From Alloascoidea hylecoeti (Eukaryota), in the NCBI GenBank assembly GCA_001600815.1, contig BCKZ01000002.1, forward strand, positions 951,725-981,196: a stretch of 29,472 nucleotides of DNA, written 5' to 3'. The position numbers and the translations under genes were made by a program. Each line of letters opens with the position of its first letter. The stretch's first letter is position 1. Below, piece by piece: positions 19,101-28,284 of the stretch. The notes under the pieces are model-generated. The model made no database searches. It saw only the letters and a list, made by a program, of their open reading frames with translations, and had not been told where the DNA came from.

Positions 19101-19454
19101 GCGCCACCAGTAGCTGCACAAGTATCAACACAAGCTCTAGAATCGCCAAACAAAAAATCTCTCACTCCTAAATTGAGTTCACCATTATCAATAAATTCTG
19201 ACAATAACATTTCAGAAACATCAACTAACGAGTTAGGACCCAATCATAAATTGAACTCAACCCCATCATCAGGATCACATTCAATGATTCCAAAAATTCA
19301 GCCTACCCTTAATACGATTTCTTCCCATATTCAATCGTCTCCTTATCTCAATCGAGGTAGAATAGGTGTTAAATCTTCTCAAACCGGTGGTACTGATGTT
19401 CTTTTTAATTTTAACAATATCATTAAGAGACCAACCTTTAGCAAGAAACGATGA
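16119..19454 (+). CDS. Large low-complexity nuclear protein with DUF3020 domain (Spp41-like)
   Basis: First ATG is at 16119; the ORF-track start at 16056 is TTG. Central RISNRERKKKWREENDEKNKDNDLRCRVHKRA...KWIEEEFTKRKEKR matches the DUF3020 signature found in Spp41. The N-terminus is acidic/His-rich and the C-terminus Asn/Ser-rich. Confidence 0.75.
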   Translation: MAESHNTNDQLTTTHHLNDNDEEHLQTEELDLEAEIAKLTAGHRQDVPNQFPLDLENADSHPEDRNHNQLDNLADMGDVDYTFDPFFSKDHEHKEQHEQDQSHLHDYQNNNEHDLHDEGNEADSLQNSMNALFATQNLPFPHQDELENAHNEDEEKDPHEALHAELQKDLSEGGTQDVTGAQNDINEAEHEYAIDPELSSIPPHEDYYDEAEFELLGKVTDLFNESELTTNKNDGTSDANNHNINLSDSAAEATARINDALLLAAEIGDVDIVAERMNSIIHPDKSEHEHELEQRDDDDEYGYDIIDNNNNLTTLERLGKHGDIAAILGVNDHENVLSEHSEIDPHLSQNDLNFRKKKQNNRKKPKGKETMMNIADTLAQSRSVIDKNRSYSSSRSYDDTSRNHNDQLKYYHSPYHPRFNGYRTPQQVTQQTKFRLDKPSINNYNNRKTQLKSSSLSDNSKQGLSSSTTILQDSQSNDNNNKLMSALALAKQLNQSSEGSANISPENVAAIQSILEKLIAYNQTNNNKSISTSRESIIIQDRPKSLSTIPSSSSTSASQNETKDNKALVTEKTRISNRERKKKWREENDEKNKDNDLRCRVHKRATLVFGENDTEEKLKWIEEEFTKRKEKRINRLKKNEYISQIYNMNNNLHIHNNMINGNNNSSNDSNNNANMNKSNSSISSSYGIADVQRSLASVMESIVKDSNIMKSLGNVSANPGDNQELIKSITTLVTATIFDQQQSQQNLVNSADAGAIPTFQVITSNGGMNDHSNMDTSLLVNQRMPDYPTLAPDKALTSFVRAGRQSHSRASSVTMTSYNHRHHDTNISHDNVRQLLSFNSSIKSETPNENISSNSGSNNKYKHSNSIVDGSRKRSLEIDDSNGHSNGIKKSHSQDSDTIVKNIQKLNDHELQKSIPSNMNILSNSSIRPPQYKAKAKSKPITITESNSNSNSASTPIIIDSKDVIMTDVEVCSKEKEDGVIEIKKEKSASLSVSAPPVAAQVSTQALESPNKKSLTPKLSSPLSINSDNNISETSTNELGPNHKLNSTPSSGSHSMIPKIQPTLNTISSHIQSSPYLNRGRIGVKSSQTGGTDVLFNFNNIIKRPTFSKKR

Positions 19455-19960
19455 CGATGTTTAATTATATTTTGCTTTATTCTGAGTATTGGTGGGATTA
19501 TGACATTAATGGTTTATATTTATAATTTGATTTTATGTGTTTTCTTTTGTATACTATTGCTTTTCCTGTCTTGTAAATGAGCATATTTTTATTGTTTTAG
19601 CGATCAAAGATGTTCTATTTACTTGTGGACTGATTTTTATGTTTATTTGTCTCTCTTCTTTAATTTTATATAGGATATATAATGATTAAGAAGAAAATAA
19701 TAATACCTCACATCAATATTATGATTGAATAGAAAAGCTTTATATATTTTAAGCTGATGATCATTATTATAATTAAGATTATAACACCCACAAACCTTAA
19801 TAAAAATAGATAAATAAGTTTTTAAAGATTAATAAATTTAATTCTTTTCTTACTAATTTTTCTTGTTCAACTTATCAATATTGCAATTGCGATTGCAATT
19901 TCAAAATTGAAGTTGTAGTTGAATTTGTAGTTGGAGCTGTTATATATATAAATATTCACG

Positions 19961-20653
19961 ATGAGCATTGCTCAACTCTCAGACCAAATTTCCCTGCAAT
20001 TGGGTCCTAGCATATCATCACCCCTTCACAAAACATACACAACAACTCTTCTAATCGAACTAATATGTTTATCATTCTCACTTATATCAATATCTATTCC
20101 AAGATGGTTGAGATCTATGAAAACGTTTAATCAAGATGGTGTCATTGTACGCATCTGTTATGGGTTAAATTCAAAATGTACATTCGATGCTTCAGATTCC
20201 TTTTTTAAAAGAAACTATTTAACATGTTCTCCGTTTCCCGAAGAATATGACTGTGATGCTGATAGCGAATTACCTTGTGTTCTATGGAAAACGGCCACTT
20301 TTTGCATGTTTCTAAGTATTTTAGTTCAACTAAGTATAGTAATCGCGATACTAAATTCTTTATACGGTGGTAAGAAAGCGTTTGAAAATGGATGGAAAAT
20401 AATAGTAATGCTACTATTATTAACAATTATACTACAAGCTTACACGACTTTTCAATTTGTTGGTTTTTTGGAAACTTATTCACAATTTATAATCGGTTGG
20501 AGGCTTGGTGCATCATGGGGTTTCGCCGTTGTTTCATGGGTAATTTCAGTCATTGTTATCGTTGTTCTATCTGTTGTTGGTTCCATTACTCCCCATGAAT
20601 ATACTTATTATGATGAAAATGATTATGAAATATACTATGATGATGTTTATTGA
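19961..20653 (+). CDS. Four-transmembrane claudin/SUR7-PalI-like membrane protein
   Basis: Four hydrophobic segments, W after TM1, YGLxxxC with a Cys-rich first loop, and GWRLGASWGFAVVSW before TM4. Confidence 0.65.
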   Translation: MSIAQLSDQISLQLGPSISSPLHKTYTTTLLIELICLSFSLISISIPRWLRSMKTFNQDGVIVRICYGLNSKCTFDASDSFFKRNYLTCSPFPEEYDCDADSELPCVLWKTATFCMFLSILVQLSIVIAILNSLYGGKKAFENGWKIIVMLLLLTIILQAYTTFQFVGFLETYSQFIIGWRLGASWGFAVVSWVISVIVIVVLSVVGSITPHEYTYYDENDYEIYYDDVY

Positions 20654-20689
20654 TATATATATACGTGTTATATAATTATAGATCTATGA

Positions 20690-21700
20690 TTAAGCAAATA
20701 AAAATGCCTCTTGTGCTTCGTTATATCTTCCTCCAGAAACACTAAAAGAAGATAAGATCTTATCAATGTTCTCTCCATCATCATCTGTAAAAGAAACATT
20801 AACACTTTTGGTGTTCTCTTCTACTCTTTCAGAGGTAGTTGCACCAGGAATTGGTATAATTGAAACTCCAAGTTTTTTCCCTTGATATAAAACCCATGCT
20901 AGTGCTAATTGAGCAGCTGATATATTCTTAGATTTGGCCAATTTCTTTATCTCTGCAACCAATTCTAAATTCTTATCGAAATTCTCAGGTTGAAATCTAT
21001 CAAAATGTCTCCTGAAATCACCTTCTGGAATATCAGACAATTTTTGAATTTGGCCCGTAAGGAAACCTCTACCTAAAGGTGAATAGGCGACAATTGGTAT
21101 ATTTAATTCTTTACAGACATCAAGAACACCATTTGTTAAGATCTCAGTACTCCAAAGTGAAAATTCAACCTCAACTGCAGAAATAGGATACACCAAAGAA
21201 GCCTTTCTTATAGTTTGAGCACCAACCTCAGAAAGTGATATACCGTCAATCCTACCATCTTTGACAAAATCGGCAATTGCACCAATGGTTTCTTCAAGCG
21301 AAACATTTGAATCTATTCTTGCAGGTTCAAAGATAAACTTTTTGAATTTGTAATTACCATTCAAATGAGACAGAATATTATTAATTGATTTAGAAATATT
21401 CTCTTTATCACCCTGTGGGGCAAGTGTATTAAAATCAACGCCACCTTTAACGGATAAAACTATTTTCTTGGCATCCTCTGGATATTTGGTAAAGTAACGG
21501 TTTATAAGCTCGAGATTTGCATTACTATGGGGTGGTGTTCCATAAAATTCACCAGCATTGAAGAAAGTTGCACCTTGGCCAATGGCAGATTTTATTGTTT
21601 TAAAGGCTTGTTCGTCTGGAGTAAGGACGGGTCTCCAAGTGAAACCCATTAAACCGAACCCGATTGGGCCAACTTTGGAAGGAAGATCAATTGATGACAT
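20690..21700 (-). CDS. Aldo-keto reductase, pyridoxal reductase-like (Plr1/YPR127W type)
   Basis: GPIGFGLMGFTW, FFNAGEFYG, IVLSVKGG, GISLSEV, VEVEFSLW, AYSPLGRGFLTG, AQLALAW and IPIPGAT motifs. Confidence 0.9.
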   Translation of the reverse strand: MSSIDLPSKVGPIGFGLMGFTWRPVLTPDEQAFKTIKSAIGQGATFFNAGEFYGTPPHSNANLELINRYFTKYPEDAKKIVLSVKGGVDFNTLAPQGDKENISKSINNILSHLNGNYKFKKFIFEPARIDSNVSLEETIGAIADFVKDGRIDGISLSEVGAQTIRKASLVYPISAVEVEFSLWSTEILTNGVLDVCKELNIPIVAYSPLGRGFLTGQIQKLSDIPEGDFRRHFDRFQPENFDKNLELVAEIKKLAKSKNISAAQLALAWVLYQGKKLGVSIIPIPGATTSERVEENTKSVNVSFTDDDGENIDKILSSFSVSGGRYNEAQEAFLFA

Positions 21701-22563
21701 TTTTCAATGATTTAAAGATGTTGCAGAAGTTGTTCTTTTTGCAATTGGATTGTTGGGTATTTCTTTGTGTTTATATAGTTAACGAAATAGTATATAGATA
21801 TTATAGAAGCTGGATTATAACGGCTTTAAGCACCTTGCGCACACATACTGTTAAGTACGAATATTGGTAACAACTTAATTTTGGTTGGAACCAGTTGCTT
21901 TTTGACCGGAACTTGACGGAAAATATGCCCATCAGATGGATAATGATGATACATATGTAGCTGAGATTTGTGATTAAGTAACTCGGAACAAGAAGTCCAA
22001 CAAATCGATTACAAATATATAATAATGTACATACTAGATAGTAGGTATCACCAATTGTAGTTTTACCACTCAATTATGTCGCAGATTCGCAATCTGAACA
22101 TATTTGCATCCTATGGTTGCCCTGATTTCCTCACTGTTGCGGAGAAACTAAGATTATAGTACGACAGGAGTGAGAATAGTTGTAATAAACTTTTAGAATC
22201 GTGCCGTTTCAAAAGGAGAGCCCATATAGTGTGTAGTTGTGGCTAGAAGTGTGATGGTACTGTAATATAAAATAGCAAGCTCTAGAGTCCTGATTTTGAT
22301 GATGGGACACTTCTAACACCGAAAAAAGTGGACGTCTAACCAGAAGTTACGGTACTATGTGTTGCAACATGGATGCCATTTTCCTAGTATCCTCTTTATA
22401 ACTTATAATTATGGGAATTTTTGGCTGTCACTTTTAATTGTAATACTTCAGCTTGATTTAACCAACGTTACAGAATAAAGGTAATATCGATTAGGCAAGA
22501 TATTATACCATATGTATGCTAATCATAAACTATATGAAGTCTCTATTACTAAATTTAAGATTC

Positions 22564-25530
22564 TTAAACCTTCTTCTTCTGTTTCCGCCTCAGAGAAGGT
22601 GGTATCATCATCGTTGGTCTCTTCGCTTTACTGCTGCTAGCGCTATTATCATTAATATTTTTATTGTTAAGTAGATCGTTTCTCGTCCCTATTTTAATCT
22701 GTTTTCCACCAATAACACTGCCTTCTAATGCCATCCCAGCTTTGCCGGCATCCGATACTTTCTCATACTCAACTAGAGCTCCTTCAAGATCGGGAAGAAG
22801 CGTAACGTTCTGCACTGGACCTATTTGCTCAAATAATTGCTTCACTTGGGTATTATTAACAGTATCGGCAAGGTTCAATACTCCAATTGTTCGCAATTTT
22901 ATATCTTCTGGCGACCTGTCACCCTTAAGTTCAGTATTATAGTCACCGTTAGTAATTGTTGAATTATTTTTGTTTCTATTTTCCGCAATCGAAACTTCAA
23001 TATCTCTTCCTTCAAGACTCGTTTTATTTAACTCCGTACTTTGCTTAGCACTTTCATAATCACTAAACGTTATAAATGCAATCCCATTATGTTTTCTATT
23101 TAATCTTTTATTTTTAGGTGATAACGGCAAATGAATTCTTTCAATTTTACCATATTTCGAAAATAATTTTTCTAACATTTTTTCATCAACTTTCTCAAAA
23201 TCTATTCCTTTAATAAAAACCTTTCTTTGTTGAATCGTTGCGTCATCTCTTACTGTTTTCTTCTCGGGATCTGATATCTTCACTTGTAAGTTATGAACAT
23301 CATCAATAATCTTTCCATTAAACTCTTTAACCGCCAACTGAGCTTCTCTACTAGATGAAAATTCAATATAACAAAATCGTCTTCTTTGTTCAAATCTTAA
23401 TGATGGCATTCTTACTTCAAATATGTTGCCGATGGATGAAAATAATTCTCTTAATTTTTCATCAGAGTACGTTTCTGGGTAATTTGTTACCCAAATAACA
23501 TTTCCTTTTGCATGAGTAATTTTAATTTCCTTTCCTTTATCTTTATCAATGGATTTATTATTTTGTATTAATGCTGATAATACAGATTCATAATTTTCAA
23601 ATTCAATACTAGCAATTTTTGAATTTTCATCCTCATTCGATTTTATTAAAGTTATTTTATTTATTATTCCACATTGTTTGAAAAATGTTCGTAATGTCTT
23701 TTCAGTTGTATCAATTGGAAGGGCTGTTACAATTATTGTGTTGTTTTCACGATTTCGTTTGTTTGGCAATGTATCCCGTTCATATTTAGATTTTTTAATA
23801 TTTGGGCCTTGATCATTTGAACCTTCCCGTGTTCGTTTTGTTACTTTCATTTCTATTTCATTTGAATCTATTACGGTATGTTGCTCCGTTGCCCGTGGTA
23901 ATTCTTCCAATATCGGTTGTTGTTGTTGTTGTTGTTGTTGTTGCTGATATTGTTTTAACCTCAAATCATAAACCTGTTTAGATTGTTTTCTGATCTTTAT
24001 AATAGCAGTTTGAAATGATGCTTCATCACCATTTTCGCTTTCAAGAATCGTTAATTCTTGGTATATACGTTCAGGCCAATCCATATTAACCCTTGCAATT
24101 GCTCTCAATAAAATTTTCCTTGCTTGATCAATCTCGTCAAAAGATATCTCCCATCGTGCCCATGATAACCAAACTTCACTTTCTTTATTTCTTTGTTGTG
24201 TTAACTTATTAAAACACAACCTTGCCTGATCTATATCCGTTAATTTCGTATAAATTCCAATTATTGTCCTTTCAATTTCAAATAGTGGATCTGCTTTATT
24301 CACTTCATTATTAACCGCTATATTGAAAAACTTGTCGCAATAATCAAACAATACAGCTAATATGCCAGCATCCAAATTATTTTTAGCCATATTATAATAA
24401 GAACGTAACAATTGTAACACTAAACATTTCCAGTTCTCAAATTCTTCAGGTTGTGCATCTGGTGGTATGTCCAGTAGCCCCAATTGTGTAATCATATCTT
24501 TTAATGTTTCAATTTCATCATCATGACTATTGGTGTTATTATTACGATTAATTAAAACTCGAACTTTTTCTGCCCAAAGTTTCCCCGATTTCGGAATGCT
24601 TTTAACTGAACGATCAATGGTTTTATCAACCAAATCATATGGCCAATTAATTCCATATAAGTAATAAATATAATCCAACCATAAGGTTTCATTTGCTATT
24701 TTAATAGAGCGTTCATATAATGTTATAATCAATTCCTTAGGTGTAAATTTAGCAGGTCTCTTCTTAATATATTCAAGATATGTTTTAAAAATCGATTCTG
24801 TTTCTTCATCTGATTTTGATTTTGATATATCATCTTCAAAATTCTCAAAATAACTCAAAGACTTTTTAGTATTCGAACATATTTTAGAAACTGGTGGGAG
24901 TTCATTTAAATAAACTTCATTGGCAAATGTCGAAACAAAATTAGAGAACTTTTCAAATGTTGAATCAATTTTCAAGTGTGGTATTCTCAGTCTTGATATA
25001 AAAATTTGTTTTATAAATTTAAATTTTTCTTTAAATTCTGAAGACCCATATTTATATCCCTTCAATCGTTTTAAATGAAATTGTAAATAAATATCCCACA
25101 CCAAATCACTGCTACTAATATGCCATCCCGTAGCATCTAACCCATGTGCAAAATATACCTTAGCTTGATCCTCATCAATATAATTGTTATCAAAGCCCTT
25201 CACAATAAATTCTAAGAATTCTTTCCAAACCAAAACATCAACAGGGTACTCCGCCAAGTATAATTCATAACCCTTAACCACAATTTCAAACGTTTCCTTG
25301 TTTTCTCCCCTGTTCATTGCCGAATTTATCCAACTCCTCCATTGCTCAGATGACACCGAAAATAGTGAAAAGTATAGGCGTTGTTCTTCAATAGCCTCAT
25401 CGTAAAACCCTATACTATTTAACAAGTCAATAAGTTCAATCCTAATCTGTTTATTATAGATATCAGAAGATATTGAAGTATAAAGATCCTCTATCCGAGA
25501 AGCAGGATCTTTCTCTTCGGCTTCACTCAT
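22564..25530 (-). CDS. PRP24: U4/U6 recycling factor Prp24 (long SART3-like form: HAT repeats plus four RRMs)
   Basis: First ATG at 25530. The N-terminal region has HAT-like Trp-containing helical repeats. RRMs include KRNRENNTIIVTALP, IWVTNYP...VRMPSLRFEQRRRFCYIEF, VFIKGIDF...HNGIAFITF and IGVLNLADTVN...GALVEY. Confidence 0.92.
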   Translation of the reverse strand: MSEAEEKDPASRIEDLYTSISSDIYNKQIRIELIDLLNSIGFYDEAIEEQRLYFSLFSVSSEQWRSWINSAMNRGENKETFEIVVKGYELYLAEYPVDVLVWKEFLEFIVKGFDNNYIDEDQAKVYFAHGLDATGWHISSSDLVWDIYLQFHLKRLKGYKYGSSEFKEKFKFIKQIFISRLRIPHLKIDSTFEKFSNFVSTFANEVYLNELPPVSKICSNTKKSLSYFENFEDDISKSKSDEETESIFKTYLEYIKKRPAKFTPKELIITLYERSIKIANETLWLDYIYYLYGINWPYDLVDKTIDRSVKSIPKSGKLWAEKVRVLINRNNNTNSHDDEIETLKDMITQLGLLDIPPDAQPEEFENWKCLVLQLLRSYYNMAKNNLDAGILAVLFDYCDKFFNIAVNNEVNKADPLFEIERTIIGIYTKLTDIDQARLCFNKLTQQRNKESEVWLSWARWEISFDEIDQARKILLRAIARVNMDWPERIYQELTILESENGDEASFQTAIIKIRKQSKQVYDLRLKQYQQQQQQQQQQPILEELPRATEQHTVIDSNEIEMKVTKRTREGSNDQGPNIKKSKYERDTLPNKRNRENNTIIVTALPIDTTEKTLRTFFKQCGIINKITLIKSNEDENSKIASIEFENYESVLSALIQNNKSIDKDKGKEIKITHAKGNVIWVTNYPETYSDEKLRELFSSIGNIFEVRMPSLRFEQRRRFCYIEFSSSREAQLAVKEFNGKIIDDVHNLQVKISDPEKKTVRDDATIQQRKVFIKGIDFEKVDEKMLEKLFSKYGKIERIHLPLSPKNKRLNRKHNGIAFITFSDYESAKQSTELNKTSLEGRDIEVSIAENRNKNNSTITNGDYNTELKGDRSPEDIKLRTIGVLNLADTVNNTQVKQLFEQIGPVQNVTLLPDLEGALVEYEKVSDAGKAGMALEGSVIGGKQIKIGTRNDLLNNKNINDNSASSSKAKRPTMMIPPSLRRKQKKKV
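23917..23946 (-). repeat. (CAA)9 plus CAG microsatellite encoding Q10 in Prp24
   Basis: ttg x9 followed by ctg on the + strand. Confidence 0.9.
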
Positions 25531-25584
25531 CTTTAGTATCAAATATCGATATCACAGAATAGAGATAATTCCAGTTGTTAATAT

Positions 25585-25613
25585 CCGGGTAACGGGACTG
25601 TGTGAAAAATATT
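25585..25613. promoter_or_regulatory. Reb1 site (CCGGGTAA, 25585-25592) and RRPE-like TGAAAAATATT (25603-25613) in the 146-bp PRP24/TMA23 bidirectional promoter
   Basis: Exact Reb1 consensus. The RRPE has one mismatch and lies upstream of a ribosome-biogenesis gene. Confidence 0.6.
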
Positions 25614-25676
25614 AACTGTAAATTTGGTCTTCTCCCAAAGCTCATAATTATAAGTAGTATTATCGTTTTTCCTATT

Positions 25677-26474
25677 ATGAATTCACATGGCTACTTAACT
25701 TCATACGGCTGGATACCTGGGGAGGCACTTAAACATGGAGGATTAAAGAAGCCTATACTAGTCACACACAAGAAGGATAAAAAAGGCCTTGGACATGAAG
25801 TCATTAACAATGATGTGTGGTGGGAAAGAGTGTTTGATGGACAATTAAAAGGTTTGGATATTTCCATAGATGATGAAGAGGATGCCAAAAACAAAGGAAC
25901 TGAAAGTGGTATAACGTTTAAACAGTCTACAGTTGTTCCAAGCGCTATTAAAAAGAACGAATCTCCCCTGTATCGAAGGTTTGTTAAAGGTGAAGGTTTA
26001 CAGGGTACATTAAGCAATATAGAGGAATCCAAGAAAATTAACAATGATGTTGTGATAATAAAAACAGTTGATGTCAATACTAGGAAGGAACATAAATTAA
26101 AAAAGAAAGGGTGTAAAGTGAATGTAACTACTACGATGGAAGCAAAGTCCAACGATTCAACAAAAGAGCTGTTAAAGTCGTCAAAAAGAAAGAAGAACCA
26201 TACAGAAGGAGATAAAACGAAAAAAAAAAATAAAGCCAAGCAAGTCAAAAAAGCCAAAGAAGCCAAAGAAGATGAGAAGAAATTAATTATCAACGCTATA
26301 ATTTCATTTAAAAGGAAGCGCACAGACGATGGTATTGAACAACTCGAAAGAAAAGACAAAAAGTTTAAGGAAAAAAAAGGAAGGAAAGATAAAAAAGATA
26401 AAACAAATAAAAAGAAGAGAAAGGAGATAAAAATAATAAAGACAAAAAAAACTAAAAAGATAGAAAAGCTGTAA
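25677..26474 (+). CDS. TMA23: Tma23, nucleolar G-patch-like ribosome-biogenesis protein with Lys-rich tail
   Basis: First ATG at 25677: MNSHGYLTSYGWIPGEALKHGGLKKPILVTHKKDKKGLG...WWERVFDGQLKGLD...SPLYRRFVKGEGLQGT, followed by a poly-Lys C-terminus. Confidence 0.92.
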   Translation: MNSHGYLTSYGWIPGEALKHGGLKKPILVTHKKDKKGLGHEVINNDVWWERVFDGQLKGLDISIDDEEDAKNKGTESGITFKQSTVVPSAIKKNESPLYRRFVKGEGLQGTLSNIEESKKINNDVVIIKTVDVNTRKEHKLKKKGCKVNVTTTMEAKSNDSTKELLKSSKRKKNHTEGDKTKKKNKAKQVKKAKEAKEDEKKLIINAIISFKRKRTDDGIEQLERKDKKFKEKKGRKDKKDKTNKKKRKEIKIIKTKKTKKIEKL

Positions 26475-26576
26475 AAATGATAATTTTAATATTAAGTTAG
26501 AATAATAGGAATATTAGTAATTCACTTAAATGAACTCTCATTCCTTTAACCCACACTTATTTATCCATCTTTAGTA

Positions 26577-27404
26577 CAGTACTTTGCGTTATCAACCATA
26601 TGTTAACCTATAATTATATTCGCCCAGATGTTAAATAATTCGGCCGCTATTTGCATTAGATATTCGACCATATAATGCATAAAATATTAGACCACTTATT
26701 GAATTAAATATTCGACTTCTGTTTCAACTTATTATTCAACTATTTCACGTATAAATATTCGGCTGGTTAATTAGCACTTTAATAAATTATAGGGCCACAT
26801 TTTGAATTAAATATTCGATCACACCCTGAATAAATCTTCAATCATGCCGACTAAAATATCGGCCACCTTCACTAACATGGCACCAGGTATAGGCCTATAT
26901 CGTAAATATTTTTATATCTTGGATATTTCATTAGCATATCAATGAATTGTAAAATTTAAATATAGTTCAAATAGTGGAAATTTAAGATACCGGTATAGTA
27001 CTGTTCGAGAATTTTTGGTCCACTTTATGCAACTTTAGGGAAAACAACGCCGGTTCATCCCTGGAAATAGCACCAGTAACAGAGTTACTTACTGCAGGCA
27101 AACTGTGAACTGACCGAAAATCATTGTGAGGTGGCCGATTATTTTCGTCGGCATGATTGAAGATTTATTCAGGGTGTGATCGAATATTTAATTCAAAATG
27201 TGGCCCTATAATTTATTAAAGTGCTAATTAACCAGCCGAATATTTATACGTGAAATAGTTGAATAATAAGTTGAAACAGAAGTCGAATATTTAATTCAAC
27301 AAGTGGTCTAATATTTTATGCATTATATGGTCGAATATCTAATGCAAATAGCGGCCGAATTATTTAACATCTGGGCGAATATAATTATAGGTTAGCATAT
27401 ACTG
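26577..27404. mobile_element. Non-autonomous Tc1/mariner-type DNA element (MITE) with ~271-bp terminal inverted repeats and TA target-site duplication
   Basis: Arm 26598-26868 matches the reverse complement of 27129-27400 with 3 substitutions and 1 indel. Ends are TA|CAGTA (26575-26581) and TACTG|TA (27400-27406). The 260-bp spacer has no transposase ORF. Confidence 0.82.
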
Positions 27405-28284
27405 TAAGTTATATGACTTTAATTATTATTGAGCATCTTTCTTATTTATCCGTTTTCATATAAAGAGAACTATTATTGTCTCTCATTTACAAATCTATAT
27501 CCTATGGCTCTTATATATATAATATAATCTTAAATACCCGTACGTACCTCTAAGGATATTATATTTATTTTTTCTTGAACTAAATAACAACCTCAGAGCC
27601 TATAGCCTATTATTAACTTATAAGTTATATAACTTTTTTAGCCTTCATCGTATGACTTATGCATATGAACGGTTATACTGTATTTGAAATTATGTTAATT
27701 TCAATATTGACAAACATCTTTAAAGATGCCACTTTTATGTAACCGGAGTGTTTGCTTATGGTGGTCATGGAAATCTTGTATCTATATAAATGGTACTCTT
27801 GAATCTTAGTCATACCTAATCAGTTATTCCCTTGAGTTCTTTTAACGTTAATTTAATTCAAGTTAATGGAAAATGAAATGAAAAGGGATTAATTTCCAAT
27901 TATTTTACATAAATCAGATATTGGTACAATTATATAATTCAAACTATGTTTAATAAAGCAAATCTATCTATAGAACAGGATCAGAAATCAAATAAAATAG
28001 ATAAATAAAACAATAATATACAGGTGTATTATTGCTCAACATGAAGAAGAAAATATCGCAACATCAAGTATGTATTATAAATTACNTTCAGAGTGTTTTA
28101 AATAATTCAAATTTATTATATAGTCCGTTACTTAATAAGGCATTAAGTATATAACCAATGAGTTTTAACTCGAGAGAAAAGAAAATGTTCTTACATGTGG
28201 TGAACATAACCCCAAAATTTTGACTCTAAACAATATAAGTTCTAACAACAATATTTTTATATGCATTAATCAATGAGCAATCTC

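Noticed and set aside
26877..27128. ATG GCA CCA G|GTATAG in the element core as the start of a transposase
   Set aside because: Non-consensus donor, no sustained ORF and no recognisable HTH or DDE residues.
27405..27682. Near-duplicate TAAGTTATATRACTTT (27405, 27621) and a second TATACTGTA near 27674
   Set aside because: Short and very AT-rich, with no matching opposite terminus to define another element.
26475..28284. Inverted repeat as a regional centromere (inverted arms around a core)
   Set aside because: The arms (~270 bp) and core (260 bp) are much shorter than the kb-scale IR centromeres I know, and the TA|CAGT...ACTG|TA ends fit a transposon better. Not formally excluded without CENP-A data.
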